Part shown: positions 46,421 to 55,865 of the stretch, piece after piece
Layout: each line of letters begins with the position of its first letter
Position numbering within the stretch: position 1 is the first letter of the stretch
Sequence record: PZ445487.1
Strand: one strand, 5' to 3'
Length of the DNA: 64,000 nt
Source: a phage
Made by a program: the position numbers and the translations under genes
The notes under the pieces: generated by a model
Seen by the model: only the letters and a program-made list of their open reading frames with translations
What the model was told of the DNA's origin: nothing
Database searches by the model: none

Positions 46421-46539
46421 TGGTTAGTGCTGGTGTAAACCACGCCCCTGCCACGGGGATGTTTACGTCAAAGTGATCGGTCGTATTAAACTATTCCGTA
46501 AGTTGGGTAAATCTTTTACTGAATATTTGAGACAAACAT

Positions 46540-46824
46540 ATGTCAGAAGAGAAAGATGAAATTCAGATTGCTTGTGATATCGCTGTCGAGTTATGGAATC
46601 AGCGAAACAAACATTATCAGGTGACGTTGACCCCAAAGCGTTATCTAGAGCAAGGTGGCTTAATAGTCGTTGATGCCGTGTTAGGTTTCAACAAATATAC
46701 TGACATGCAAATCTTGGACGGGGATTTCACTATTGCTTCCAATACAGCTTGGGATGATCCTATGGAATTTGTCTACGGTTGGTTGGAATGCATCGAGGAA
46801 TCATACCATCTGATCTACGAATAA
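46540..46824 (+). CDS. Hypothetical protein (94 aa)
   Basis: ORF followed by a hairpin terminator. Confidence 0.45.
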   Translation: MSEEKDEIQIACDIAVELWNQRNKHYQVTLTPKRYLEQGGLIVVDAVLGFNKYTDMQILDGDFTIASNTAWDDPMEFVYGWLECIEESYHLIYE

Positions 46825-46830
46825 GGTGAA

Positions 46831-46862
46831 GGGCACTAAATATCAAGTGCCCTTTATCTTTT
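46831..46862 (+). terminator. Terminator hairpin with CTAAATA in its loop
   Basis: gggcact-aaatatca-agtgccc followed by tttatctttt; the loop carries the late-promoter-like ctaaata. Confidence 0.5.
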
Positions 46863-46920
46863 AACCCTGTCAGGAGGCTCAATCGAGCTGCAAGTCGACA
46901 AACACATAAGGAACGCCATC

Positions 46921-47538
46921 ATGACGATGACAACGTTGAAGGCCATGGCCTTGTCCGTGACCTTTACCATTGCCAGCGGGAGTGTGCACGCTTCCCAAAG
47001 TACCACCCAATGTGATTACGAATTTTCTGATCAACAACTTTCAACCATGGCCACAGCCTATCACATAGGCAAACAACAAGACCTTGGTTTCACCCTCGCC
47101 GCGATATCATGGAGGGAAAGCCGCGCCGGAGAAGATGTTGTATCCATGCGGAATAACCTGAAATCGGCTAACATGGGGGCATTTCAAAATCGCGTCCAAA
47201 CCGTCGGGAAACGGGAGGGATGCAAAACACAGAAGTGTTACGCCAATGTCGCGATCAAATTACTGGTCAATCAAGAATATGCTGCCAATGCTGCCCTTGA
47301 TGAAATGAATTTCTGGCTAGAATATCACAACCAAAACATTCGCAAATCCCTTTCCTCTTACAATGCTGGGTTCAATCGTAACCAGAAATCCAATTCTTAT
47401 GCAGCCGACGTCGTGAAGAAGGCTAAATATCTTCAACGATGTGTGTCTTTCAAAAGCATGGCAATAAACCCAAAGGTCGACCCAGGAGTGATCGCCATGA
47501 ATAAGCGCACGATTGAGAAACTCAAGAGGACCAGATAA
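46921..47538 (+). CDS. Secreted lytic transglycosylase-like protein
   Basis: Signal peptide MTMTTLKAMALSVTFTIASGSVHA; AISWRESR (candidate catalytic Glu-Ser) and SYNAGFNR (YNxG motif) as in SLT-domain enzymes. Confidence 0.45.
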   Translation: MTMTTLKAMALSVTFTIASGSVHASQSTTQCDYEFSDQQLSTMATAYHIGKQQDLGFTLAAISWRESRAGEDVVSMRNNLKSANMGAFQNRVQTVGKREGCKTQKCYANVAIKLLVNQEYAANAALDEMNFWLEYHNQNIRKSLSSYNAGFNRNQKSNSYAADVVKKAKYLQRCVSFKSMAINPKVDPGVIAMNKRTIEKLKRTR

Positions 47539-48176
47539 TGAATATCACTCCATCTCAGACCGGATATGAACACATAATGGTGTTTCTGGCTATTCAGGGC
47601 GCGAAGGAAGGGATCATTACTTCAGAATATTCCGGTACAATGCGCCTTGCGGATTATGTCGCGCCGGAAGCATTCATCAAGAAATGCATCGACGCTTGGT
47701 GCCTTTATGCACTCGGCACGTATCCATCCCCTCCTGCTGGTGAGTTATTGTTTACCATACCGACTCCGGCAACTGGTGACACAGACGCGATATTCGCCGA
47801 TATGCTGTCAAAGGGTTATCTGACATATGACAGTGCTCACAGCGTGTATGATTTTTCTGCGCTGAATCGTATCTTCGGATTCACCATAACTTCTGAAGCG
47901 AATATTCCTGATTATGGAATACTAGCATGGGGCGTCGACGGTTTGGGGGCAACATATGCATCTTCGGATGTCGGTCCTGTGTTGATAGACCCAGGGGTGA
48001 CGATGGAGCAATACATGTCACAATTCCCTCAGCATAATGTTACCGGAAGCGACATCATTATTGTCTATCCTGGTTCTAATGCGCTACCCCGTTTGGTCAC
48101 GGGTTGGCAGTCACAGTTGAAGGACATTGTCTCTGGAATCAGGTTCCATATTCCTGTTGTCAATCCAACACCTTAA
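47538..48176 (+). CDS. Hypothetical protein (212 aa)
   Basis: ATG overlaps the preceding stop; no motif. Confidence 0.45.
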   Translation: MNITPSQTGYEHIMVFLAIQGAKEGIITSEYSGTMRLADYVAPEAFIKKCIDAWCLYALGTYPSPPAGELLFTIPTPATGDTDAIFADMLSKGYLTYDSAHSVYDFSALNRIFGFTITSEANIPDYGILAWGVDGLGATYASSDVGPVLIDPGVTMEQYMSQFPQHNVTGSDIIIVYPGSNALPRLVTGWQSQLKDIVSGIRFHIPVVNPTP

Positions 48177-48189
48177 AATATTCAATAAA

Positions 48190-48232
48190 AGGGGCAAAAG
48201 CCCCTTTACTTCTTCAATAACCCACGTATAAT
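48190..48232 (+). promoter_or_regulatory. Hairpin overlapping a sigma70-type early promoter (PeSL-like cassette)
   Basis: Hairpin aggggc-aaaa-gcccct; -35 ctttac, 17-nt spacer, -10 tataat; conserved leader ataagcag...aggaactacattATG follows. Confidence 0.5.
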
Positions 48233-48280
48233 TCTAAACATAAGCAGTACGACACCAACTTGAAAAGCAGGAACTACATT

Positions 48281-48556
48281 ATGAAAATCATCCTCGACGC
48301 ATATATCCGTTACGGCAGCAAATGGTTGATGGCCAAAGTTTACGACGGTGAAGAATTAGTCCACGCCCAAACCGCCCCTTCTGAACAATTGCGTGAAATT
48401 ATGAAACGCGATTTTCCTACTGCTGAAATGATTGAACCTGCCAACCAAACCGAAGTTGACAAAGAATGGGAACGCGAATGGAGTCCGGCGGCGTTGGCAC
48501 AATTTGATAAGAATTACAACAATCGCCAAAACGCGTCTCGCCCGTTTCGTCGTTAA
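48281..48556 (+). CDS. Hypothetical protein (91 aa)
   Basis: ATG after the conserved leader; the track ORF begins at an upstream TTG (48260). Confidence 0.45.
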   Translation: MKIILDAYIRYGSKWLMAKVYDGEELVHAQTAPSEQLREIMKRDFPTAEMIEPANQTEVDKEWEREWSPAALAQFDKNYNNRQNASRPFRR

Positions 48557-48621
48557 GAAGCACCCCTTTCTTTTCGCTAATTAAGGGAAACCGCACCGAT
48601 TTTATAATCAGGAGAATTACA

Positions 48622-51009
48622 ATGGCCATCCCATCTTTCTTGAACTTTCTTGAAGAGTCTAAACAATTAGACGAAGCGTTTAACTCATCCCCGTATGAAT
48701 TGACATTCGGCAAGAAGAACGCTGGTGACATTTTCTTCACATTTGTTGATGAAGACGAAAAAGAATTCCGTATTCAATTCTATACCCCACAAGGTCTAGG
48801 CAAGAATGTTCGCCAAGTCTTTATCGGTCAGAAGCGTGGTTCCACATATCCCGATGCCATCGGTCGTTTCAAGAATCCGATGCGTGTTATCGCATCCATG
48901 ATTGAAGCAACAAAGCAATTCATGGCGACGCCTTTGGGGAAAACCATTGACGGCTTTGCAATTAACTTCTCCAAGAAAGCATTGGAGCGTGGTGTTACCC
49001 TCCTGCCGAAGATTATCCGTCAGTCCGGCCTGAAGCAAAAGCTCAATGTCATGGACCTGACGTATACCCCTATCCCTGATCGTGCATTCGTATGGGTTGT
49101 GCGTAAAGGCAAGGATCCTGCTCAGGTATTCGATGGTCCGAAAATGAAAGGCGTGACTTGGGACGACCCAGACAAAGTCGGTGACGTTCCTGACCAGGCT
49201 GCTCGTGACGCCGCACTACAAGGTGACATGGATGATTTGAGCCAATCCATAAATGCCGATTCTCGCTGGATTCTGACCAAAGCTGATCATACTCAGCCTA
49301 TGCTGGTCTGGTCTGGTAAAGAACGTGGGCGGACTATTACCGCCAATATCGCACCTCACGCGAATGAACCTGGTGTGTATGCTGGTAGTATCATGAACGA
49401 GAAACGGATCCGCGCTCAATCCCCAGACGCTATTGTACGCCAACTGGGATTACCGCAGATCCCTGTGAATATTCTGAATGATTTCACCAAGCAGTCGTCC
49501 ATCTTCTGGAAAGAGATGACGGGGGATTCTGGAAAAATAGACATGCAGACTTTGCCAAAAACAGGATCTGTGGATGACTTACGAAATCAGGGTTATATTG
49601 CTCGCCTTCTGGGGATTGTAGACACATATGCTCCACAACAGGTCGGTATGTATGCAGGTGAGAAACTAACACGAATCGGCGCGGGCAAATATCGTACTTC
49701 GGGTGGTCTGGACATTCAGGTTTATTTCTGGGGAATTGTCAACGGAAAACTTTCTGTAGAAGTGGTTTCTGATTTATCTGGCAATGAACAGCTGATGCTG
49801 GAAGGCGACGTGAAAAACGCTGCTTTTGAAATCGTCAGTGCGATATCCCGTGCTGCTGATTCTCAGTTCAACGGTGAAGTGGAATGTCGTGTTGTTCCGA
49901 TCAACGGTGCCCCATACCCGATTCAAAAGGTTTCCCGTTCTCAGGGTTATTCTTATGTCGATTGTATTTCGTTTACTTTGAAGATCGCCGATGCATTGTT
50001 AAATCGATTTACTCTGGGTAAGGCAGTCAAACTCGATCTGATAAAAGAGTTCCCTCGAACGACGTTTATTGTTCGTTATGACTGGCGCAGCAAAGATACT
50101 CTGATGGTCCAGTCTTCTGATGGGAAGACTATCTTCGGCGAAATCAACACAAATTCCAGTGATAACGCTGTCATCACTGCGAACCTGAAAGCCCCAAGCA
50201 ATGCGAAGATATTTGGTGAAACCGTTCATGGGTTCTCTGTGGCTTGGGACTTCCAGTTCCCTGCGGGTAGCCAGCTGCAAGCCGCACGGTTCGTTACGAA
50301 CGTGACTTACGACTTCGATCGTAATAAGGCCAACATCACGACCATGCTGACAGAAAATGGCCGAAATGTAGTCAATAGCAGCGGATATGACATTCAGTTA
50401 TCTGTCAAGTCTGTGCAAGATGCATTGAATGAGACTTCACAACGCCTGAAAGACGCTGCGGCTCAATTGAGCCATCTTGGTTCATCAAACTATAACCCGA
50501 ACAAGCTGTTCCTGAATGATATCACCGTCAGTAAGTTTGGTGCAATTATGTTCCAAGACAAAGATCTGGCACAGTCCAAAAACCGCACGGCAGTCATTGA
50601 TGCTTTGGCTCGGGCGAAAGATCAGGTCGCTGGTGGTAAGAATGCAGGCGATCTGGCCACCTATGCCGGATCCATTCGTGATAGCGCTCCTAATGGACGA
50701 GATCTGGATTGGCAGGTATACACAGCCAGTAATGGTACAGTTCTGAATGTTGCCTGGGATATCACTTTCCGTCGCAATACGACCGAAGGAGCATATCGTG
50801 AATTCAAGGATCAGATCAACCGTGCCAACCAATACCTGCAAACGGTATACAACGACGCGAAATCTAAAGGCTATAATCCTACCGAGCCAAATCTCATGAC
50901 TCTTGAACGCGCTCGCCAATCCGACGAATGGGCTATGAGTAATGGTGATAGTGCATACAGTGAATATGAACAATCGCTGGGTGGTAATCTTCAGATTAGT
51001 CTGAAATAA
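48622..51009 (+). CDS. Large hypothetical protein (795 aa)
   Basis: Long ORF with RBS aggaga; contains the motif SPDAIVRQLGLPQIPVNIL also found at the C-terminus of the next gene product. Confidence 0.55.
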   Translation: MAIPSFLNFLEESKQLDEAFNSSPYELTFGKKNAGDIFFTFVDEDEKEFRIQFYTPQGLGKNVRQVFIGQKRGSTYPDAIGRFKNPMRVIASMIEATKQFMATPLGKTIDGFAINFSKKALERGVTLLPKIIRQSGLKQKLNVMDLTYTPIPDRAFVWVVRKGKDPAQVFDGPKMKGVTWDDPDKVGDVPDQAARDAALQGDMDDLSQSINADSRWILTKADHTQPMLVWSGKERGRTITANIAPHANEPGVYAGSIMNEKRIRAQSPDAIVRQLGLPQIPVNILNDFTKQSSIFWKEMTGDSGKIDMQTLPKTGSVDDLRNQGYIARLLGIVDTYAPQQVGMYAGEKLTRIGAGKYRTSGGLDIQVYFWGIVNGKLSVEVVSDLSGNEQLMLEGDVKNAAFEIVSAISRAADSQFNGEVECRVVPINGAPYPIQKVSRSQGYSYVDCISFTLKIADALLNRFTLGKAVKLDLIKEFPRTTFIVRYDWRSKDTLMVQSSDGKTIFGEINTNSSDNAVITANLKAPSNAKIFGETVHGFSVAWDFQFPAGSQLQAARFVTNVTYDFDRNKANITTMLTENGRNVVNSSGYDIQLSVKSVQDALNETSQRLKDAAAQLSHLGSSNYNPNKLFLNDITVSKFGAIMFQDKDLAQSKNRTAVIDALARAKDQVAGGKNAGDLATYAGSIRDSAPNGRDLDWQVYTASNGTVLNVAWDITFRRNTTEGAYREFKDQINRANQYLQTVYNDAKSKGYNPTEPNLMTLERARQSDEWAMSNGDSAYSEYEQSLGGNLQISLK

Positions 51010-51013
51010 GTCA

Positions 51014-51035
51014 TAGCCCCTTCGGGGGCTAAATA
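51014..51035 (+). promoter_or_regulatory. Hairpin followed by late-promoter-like CTAAATA
   Basis: tagcccc-ttcg-ggggcta then ctaaata about 25 nt upstream of the ATG at 51061. Confidence 0.35.
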
Positions 51036-51060
51036 CATCAAAATCCTTAGGAGATCCACG

Positions 51061-51606
51061 ATGAAACCGTTTATCGAATATTTTAAAGAACAAGCTCAAC
51101 AACCGCAAACTCATGGCGGCATACAAGGCAAAAGTGTAACCATCACCAAACAGGCCGACGGAACCCAATGGTGTACTGGTGCCACCGTGACCCAGATCAC
51201 TCCAGATAATCAGGCCGACATCTATAATCTGGAATTGACTAATGGCAACACCATCAAAGTGAAGCTAACTCCAAACCAGACCCACGGCATTACCCAAGGC
51301 CAAGAAGTTGTTGCCGTCCATGATGGTTTTGAATTTTTCTTCGGCAAGTCAGCTGACAAAGGTCAGGTTACTGAAGCGGAAGGCTGGCGTTTCGTCGGTG
51401 ACCGTGGCGCTCATATTCTGATGTATGACGCAAAAGTTGGCGGTGCCTCCACTATCCTTCGCAGTCCAACAGATCGAACCAAATTTGTTGGTGGTCTCAT
51501 CAACGGTAGAAAAATTTTGGGTAATTCCCCAGAAGAACTGGCGGCAAAATTAGGTCTTCCAAAAATTCCTGATAATTTATTAAAATCGTTTTTTGGTAAA
51601 AAGTGA
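51061..51606 (+). CDS. Hypothetical protein (181 aa)
   Basis: RBS aggaga; C-terminus SPEELAAKLGLPKIPDNLLKSFF shares a motif with the preceding large protein. Confidence 0.5.
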   Translation: MKPFIEYFKEQAQQPQTHGGIQGKSVTITKQADGTQWCTGATVTQITPDNQADIYNLELTNGNTIKVKLTPNQTHGITQGQEVVAVHDGFEFFFGKSADKGQVTEAEGWRFVGDRGAHILMYDAKVGGASTILRSPTDRTKFVGGLINGRKILGNSPEELAAKLGLPKIPDNLLKSFFGKK

Positions 51607-51619
51607 TTATAAAATACAA

Positions 51620-51646
51620 TCCCCCTAAATACAGGGGGATTTTCTT
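51620..51646 (+). terminator. Terminator hairpin with CTAAATA in its loop
   Basis: tccccct-aaatac-aggggga followed by ttttcttttt. Confidence 0.5.
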
Positions 51647-51662
51647 TTTAGGGGTAAATATC

Positions 51663-52016
51663 ATGGTCAATGCGAGTATATTCATCAACCGTGGACTGCT
51701 TGCTATAGCCCACTCCCATGCCCTCCACTTCGTTACAACGTCCTATGCCAAGCACAAGGCACTCGGGGAGTTCTACGGGGAACTGGAGGACTTGCTGGAT
51801 ACCTTCACAGAGGCATATATCGGCGCGGGTGGTGTATATGTCCCAGGGTTTGAGAATATTAAACTGTACAACCCAGATCCTATATCGTATGTCAACAGTG
51901 TCGTTATCGACGTAAACGGAATTTATGGTCAATGCGACAGCCATCTTCAAAATACGCTTGATGAAATCAAAACTTTGTGCTATCAAACGATTTACAAACT
52001 GAAGCAATTGTCCTAA
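51663..52016 (+). CDS. Hypothetical protein (117 aa)
   Basis: Internal ATG of track ORF 51603..52016, chosen because the upstream part overlaps the terminator hairpin. Confidence 0.4.
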   Translation: MVNASIFINRGLLAIAHSHALHFVTTSYAKHKALGEFYGELEDLLDTFTEAYIGAGGVYVPGFENIKLYNPDPISYVNSVVIDVNGIYGQCDSHLQNTLDEIKTLCYQTIYKLKQLS

Positions 52017-52079
52017 CTCAATAGGATCATCGTCAGGTTATAATTTTGCCCATTCGTCATCAATAGGATACAGATAACA

Positions 52080-52697
52080 ATGGGCAAAATCTTTATACCT
52101 TCTCACTCAGAAGGTTGTCAAATCGCTGCAAAATTTCTACACAAACAAATGAATTGTGGTGCTGTGTTCGTAGAACCAAATTCATTCGATAATCGTGAAT
52201 CCCCTGACGCCATCGGGTTCAGACCTGGGGGTTGTTCTATATTAATGGAAGTTAAAGTCTCCCGCGCCGACTTCCTGACAGACAAAAAGAAACCTCATCG
52301 CATGAATCCTTCCATAGGCATGGGAGCATATCGTTTCTATGTTTGCCCAGCAGATGTTATTAAAATTGAAGACCTCCCTCCCAAATGGGGTTTGTTGTAC
52401 TTCACCCCTAGAAAATCTTTGAAGCCCGTTCACGTTCCGAATATGCAATATTCCTCTTTGTCTTCACCGGAACATTATGCATCATATTTGTCTAAATCTT
52501 TGGGCAAAAGAAGTCCTACAGATATCCCTCCTTATCTATTAGGGTACAAACAGATGCTGGAAGAATTTGCCCACTTTGATCGCAATCAGGTTGCGGAACA
52601 AAATATTCTGTATGGGGCTTGGCGACAGCTTTGCATAGCTCAAAGTCGCGGGGTGGATTATAATGTGACAGAAGTGTTCCAGAGGCCAAATATCTAA
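52080..52697 (+). CDS. Hypothetical protein, possible PD-(D/E)xK nuclease fold
   Basis: DAIGFRPGGCSILMEVKVS fits a D...(I/L)xEVK core; otherwise unassigned. Confidence 0.4.
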   Translation: MGKIFIPSHSEGCQIAAKFLHKQMNCGAVFVEPNSFDNRESPDAIGFRPGGCSILMEVKVSRADFLTDKKKPHRMNPSIGMGAYRFYVCPADVIKIEDLPPKWGLLYFTPRKSLKPVHVPNMQYSSLSSPEHYASYLSKSLGKRSPTDIPPYLLGYKQMLEEFAHFDRNQVAEQNILYGAWRQLCIAQSRGVDYNVTEVFQRPNI

Positions 52698-53761
52698 TGA
52701 AATTCTTGGACGAACAATACATCAATTTTCTCGCCCCCCGACTTGATAAATTCAGTTGGGAACGTGTTGGCGCTGTCGCCAAATTTCGTTGCCCATTATG
52801 TGGGGATTCTAAGAAGAGTGCCAACAAGCGTCGTGGTCACTTCTTTTATGATCGTGATGACGATGTGTTTCGTTTCAAGTGCCACAACTGTAATGAAATG
52901 AGCGGTTGGGCGTTTGAATTCTGGTTGAAGAAGTTTGACGAGCGTCTGTATAATGAATACAACCTTGAAAAATTCAGAATCATGGGGGATACCAGTTCCC
53001 GCCCGTTACAAAAACTCAAACCACTACAGCGCCTGACCCAGACAGCACGTATCGGTTCTCAGGTCGCCAAACGGGATGAAGAGCACCTTGGGAATATGAT
53101 ACGCCTTGATCTTCTTGACCGTGATCATATCGCCCGTCGTTATGTTGAAGGCAGGGGAATGCCGGAGAGCACGTTATCTTTGTTGTATTACAGCAGGAAT
53201 TTTCGTCAAGATCTTCTGAGTTTCGAAACGGATGTTGAGAAGCAGAAGAAGATACCCGAAGATGAGCGGCTGGTAATCCCATTCTGGACCCAAGACGGGC
53301 GCATGAAGATAGTTCAGGGGCGCGCATTCGGCGATAACCTTCCTGATGGGGTATTACGGTATGCCACTGTCAAGCCTAAGAACGAAGATACTAAGATCTA
53401 CGGGGAAGAGCGCATCATTTGGAACAAAACAAAGTTGGTAGTAGAAGGTCCAATTGATAGCTTGTTTCTACCCAATTGTCTTGCGACTGCCGATGCCGAC
53501 TTATTAAGTGCTAAGGGAGACATCTATATCCCCGATAACCAATACAGGAACAAACAAGTTTGTGACGGTATACAGAAGATGATAGACAGCGGAGTCAAAG
53601 TCGTTCTGTTTCCACCGGAAATACCGTGGAAGGATATCAATGATATGGTTCGCCCCGACAAGGGAAATATCCCGATACGGGATCTGCTTCAGATCATAGC
53701 CAAGAACGTATATCAGGGACTGTCGGCGTCCTTACGATTTTCTGACTTGAGGAAGATATGA
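52697..53761 (+). CDS. 61: DNA primase (gp61-like)
   Basis: Zinc ribbon FRCPLCGDSKKS...KCHNCN; blocks PESTLSLLYY, ERLVIPFW, KIYGEERI and VVEGPIDSLFLPN parallel T4 gp61; C-terminal ...QGLSASLRFSDLRKI resembles the T4 end. Confidence 0.85.
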   Translation: MKFLDEQYINFLAPRLDKFSWERVGAVAKFRCPLCGDSKKSANKRRGHFFYDRDDDVFRFKCHNCNEMSGWAFEFWLKKFDERLYNEYNLEKFRIMGDTSSRPLQKLKPLQRLTQTARIGSQVAKRDEEHLGNMIRLDLLDRDHIARRYVEGRGMPESTLSLLYYSRNFRQDLLSFETDVEKQKKIPEDERLVIPFWTQDGRMKIVQGRAFGDNLPDGVLRYATVKPKNEDTKIYGEERIIWNKTKLVVEGPIDSLFLPNCLATADADLLSAKGDIYIPDNQYRNKQVCDGIQKMIDSGVKVVLFPPEIPWKDINDMVRPDKGNIPIRDLLQIIAKNVYQGLSASLRFSDLRKI

Positions 53762-53967
53762 TGGATTTGAAAGAACTGAATAGTATGGACGATGAAGAGA
53801 TTCTTCGCGGGTATATGCAAGCCCGTGAAGGATATGTCCTATCTGGTTTAGAATCTAAGAGTTTCATCCATGGTTGGAGGAACGGAATGGTGGACTTCGG
53901 CGGTTGTCCTATCACTGAAGAACAAATGAATTTGGCTCGCCAGTATTTGAAAAAGAAGCCGACCTAA
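53758..53967 (+). CDS. Hypothetical protein (69 aa)
   Basis: ATGA overlap with primase stop. Confidence 0.4.
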   Translation: MMDLKELNSMDDEEILRGYMQAREGYVLSGLESKSFIHGWRNGMVDFGGCPITEEQMNLARQYLKKKPT

Positions 53968-53995
53968 AACTTTTTAACTCAAAAACCTTCTCTCT

Positions 53996-54020
53996 AGGCC
54001 TCATTCTACGAGGCCTTTTA
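53996..54020 (+). terminator. Rho-independent terminator
   Basis: aggcctc-attctac-gaggcct followed by tttt. Confidence 0.5.
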
Positions 54021-54059
54021 AAATACTTCAAAAATAATTTAAAAATTTATTGAAAAAGA

Positions 54060-54089
54060 CTTTACTCTTAAATAATCATGCACTATTAT
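54060..54089 (+). promoter_or_regulatory. Sigma70-type early promoter
   Basis: -35 ctttac, 18-nt spacer, -10 tattat; a hairpin (ggcgg...ccgcc, about 54101-54121) and the leader ...ggaattacatcATG follow. Confidence 0.45.
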
Positions 54090-54166
54090 AGTTCACATAG
54101 GGCGGTACACAACACCCCGCCGAATGAAAAGTGAAACGACCCAACTACATTATGAGGAATTACATC

Positions 54167-54655
54167 ATGGCTACTACCAAAACTCTGATCACCAACGGCA
54201 CCATCTCTTTTGAACTGAACACCGAAGTTGCAAAAGTTGAAATGTTCCGCATCGCTCAGGCAGCTGGCTTCACTGGTGGCAAAACTTCCTTCATGAATCT
54301 GCTGAACGGCAAAGTGAAAGCGACCAACGGCTTCACCCTGGTAGAGCAGGTTGTCGTAGACAAAGCCGTGGTTGCCAAGACTGCTGACAAGGTTGGCATG
54401 CTGAAAGACCTGGGCCATGACATCCACGTTGTCGAAGCGAACACCGAAACTTACGGCACCATCGTAGTCGGTAAAGGTCGCATTCAGCTGAACCCGCTGA
54501 ACAACGGAACCTTCTCCGTGATGGTATTCCCGAAAAAGGGTTATGACAACAGCGATATCGTGAAAGCCGCTGGCGGTGAAGCGAAATCCCAGTATGTCAA
54601 AATGGGTAAACTGAGCGCCGACGCAGTAGAAACTCTGGTGAACAAACTGGCTTAA
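54167..54655 (+). CDS. Hypothetical protein (162 aa), probably highly expressed
   Basis: Framed by a promoter, the conserved leader and a strong terminator; Gly/Val/Lys/Thr-rich; no motif recognised. Confidence 0.5.
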   Translation: MATTKTLITNGTISFELNTEVAKVEMFRIAQAAGFTGGKTSFMNLLNGKVKATNGFTLVEQVVVDKAVVAKTADKVGMLKDLGHDIHVVEANTETYGTIVVGKGRIQLNPLNNGTFSVMVFPKKGYDNSDIVKAAGGEAKSQYVKMGKLSADAVETLVNKLA

Positions 54656-54659
54656 CCGC

Positions 54660-54685
54660 AAGGGGGAAACCTCCCCCTTTCAAAG
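54660..54685 (+). terminator. Rho-independent terminator
   Basis: ggggg-aaac-ctccccc followed by tttcaaagtttt. Confidence 0.55.
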
Positions 54686-54705
54686 TTTTGGTAGGAGAAT
54701 GAGAC

Positions 54706-54894
54706 ATGAGTAGAGCAATTATCCAAGCCTCTCCTGGCGCTCTATGGGTTGCCGACCGAATTCCCAACGCGCACTTTCCTCAGTTCCAAGAGGAACTGGA
54801 ACAAGCGATGTTGAAAATATTTGAAAAATATGGGTATGATTCCGAAGTTAGGACTTCCTTCAAAGAAATCATGCCTATCGTCGTAGTCAGATAA
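54706..54894 (+). CDS. Hypothetical protein (62 aa)
   Basis: Small ORF with SD ggagaatgag upstream of the endolysin gene. Confidence 0.35.
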   Translation: MSRAIIQASPGALWVADRIPNAHFPQFQEELEQAMLKIFEKYGYDSEVRTSFKEIMPIVVVR

Positions 54895-54963
54895 TCGACA
54901 CTAAATCCTCAAGTTCGACTTTCACTTTAAATACCTTCGCATACATTGCGGAGGTATTTTCTT

Positions 54964-55758
54964 ATGGCCATTCTAAAACTTGGCAACCGAGGTTCTGAAG
55001 TCAAAGCACTTCAACAAAGCCTCAACAAAATCGGTTTCTCTCTTACAGCCGATGGCATATTTGGTAAGGCAACAGAGAATGCCGTCAAATCCGTTCAGGC
55101 AGGTGCTGGATTGGTTATTGATGGTATTGCTGGGCCAAAGACCTTCTATGCTATCCGCAACGCTGGAGACGCTCACCAGGAACATCTGACCGAAGCGGAC
55201 TTGGTTGACGCAGCACGTGAACTTGGTGTTGAGCTGGCCAGTATGAAAGCGGTGAACCAGGTAGAATCCCGTGGTACGGGTTTTACCAAAACTGGCAAGA
55301 TCAAAACTCTGTTTGAGCGCCACATCATGTACAAAAAGGTGACGGCCAAATTCGGGCAAGCAAGAGCCAATGCTCTGTACCAACTCTACCCAACATTGGT
55401 TAACCCCAATTCTGGCGGGTATATCGGCGGAGACGCGGAGTTGGAACGCCTTCAGGGTGCAATCGCCCTTGACGAGGACTGCGCTTACGAGAGTGCTTCC
55501 TACGGCCTATTCCAGATCATGGGGTTCAACTGCCAAATCTGTGGCTATTCAAATGCCAAAGAGATGTTCACTGATTTCCTGACTGGTGAACGCGCTCATC
55601 TTCTGGCATTTGTCAAGTTCATCAAGGCTGATGCCAATATGTGGAAAGCCCTGAAGAACAAGAATTGGGCCGAGTTTGCTCGTCGGTACAATGGTCCGGC
55701 ATATGCGAAAAACCAGTATGATACTAAACTGGCGGCAGCATACAAGAGTTTCTGTTAA
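54964..55758 (+). CDS. Endolysin: peptidoglycan-binding domain plus N-acetylmuramidase-like domain
   Basis: N-terminal PG_binding_1-type repeat (LKLGNRGSEVKALQQSLNKIGF...DGIFGKATENAVKSVQ...IDGIAGPKTF); C-terminal FARRYNGPAYAKNQYDTKLAAAY typical of phage muramidases. SD gcggagg. Confidence 0.8.
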   Translation: MAILKLGNRGSEVKALQQSLNKIGFSLTADGIFGKATENAVKSVQAGAGLVIDGIAGPKTFYAIRNAGDAHQEHLTEADLVDAARELGVELASMKAVNQVESRGTGFTKTGKIKTLFERHIMYKKVTAKFGQARANALYQLYPTLVNPNSGGYIGGDAELERLQGAIALDEDCAYESASYGLFQIMGFNCQICGYSNAKEMFTDFLTGERAHLLAFVKFIKADANMWKALKNKNWAEFARRYNGPAYAKNQYDTKLAAAYKSFC

Positions 55759-55764
55759 TTCTCA

Positions 55765-55790
55765 AGGCCGGAAACGGCCTTTTTCTTTAT
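55765..55790 (+). terminator. Rho-independent terminator after endolysin
   Basis: aggccg-gaaa-cggcct followed by ttttcttt. Confidence 0.55.
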
Positions 55791-55865
55791 CTGATATACA
55801 GGTATGCTGGGCGTGTCGCTTAATTAAAGGTGTCGACAACCCCTGTAGATATAGGAAGGTTCAAC

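Noticed and set aside
48622-51009. 795-aa protein as a T4 Alt homologue
   Set aside because: The apparent N-terminal resemblance rests on my uncertain recall of the Alt sequence and no R-S-ExE motif was located; left as hypothetical.
54891-54900. ctaaatc upstream of the endolysin gene as a late promoter
   Set aside because: It differs from the recurrent CTAAATA at the last position and there is no second supporting feature.
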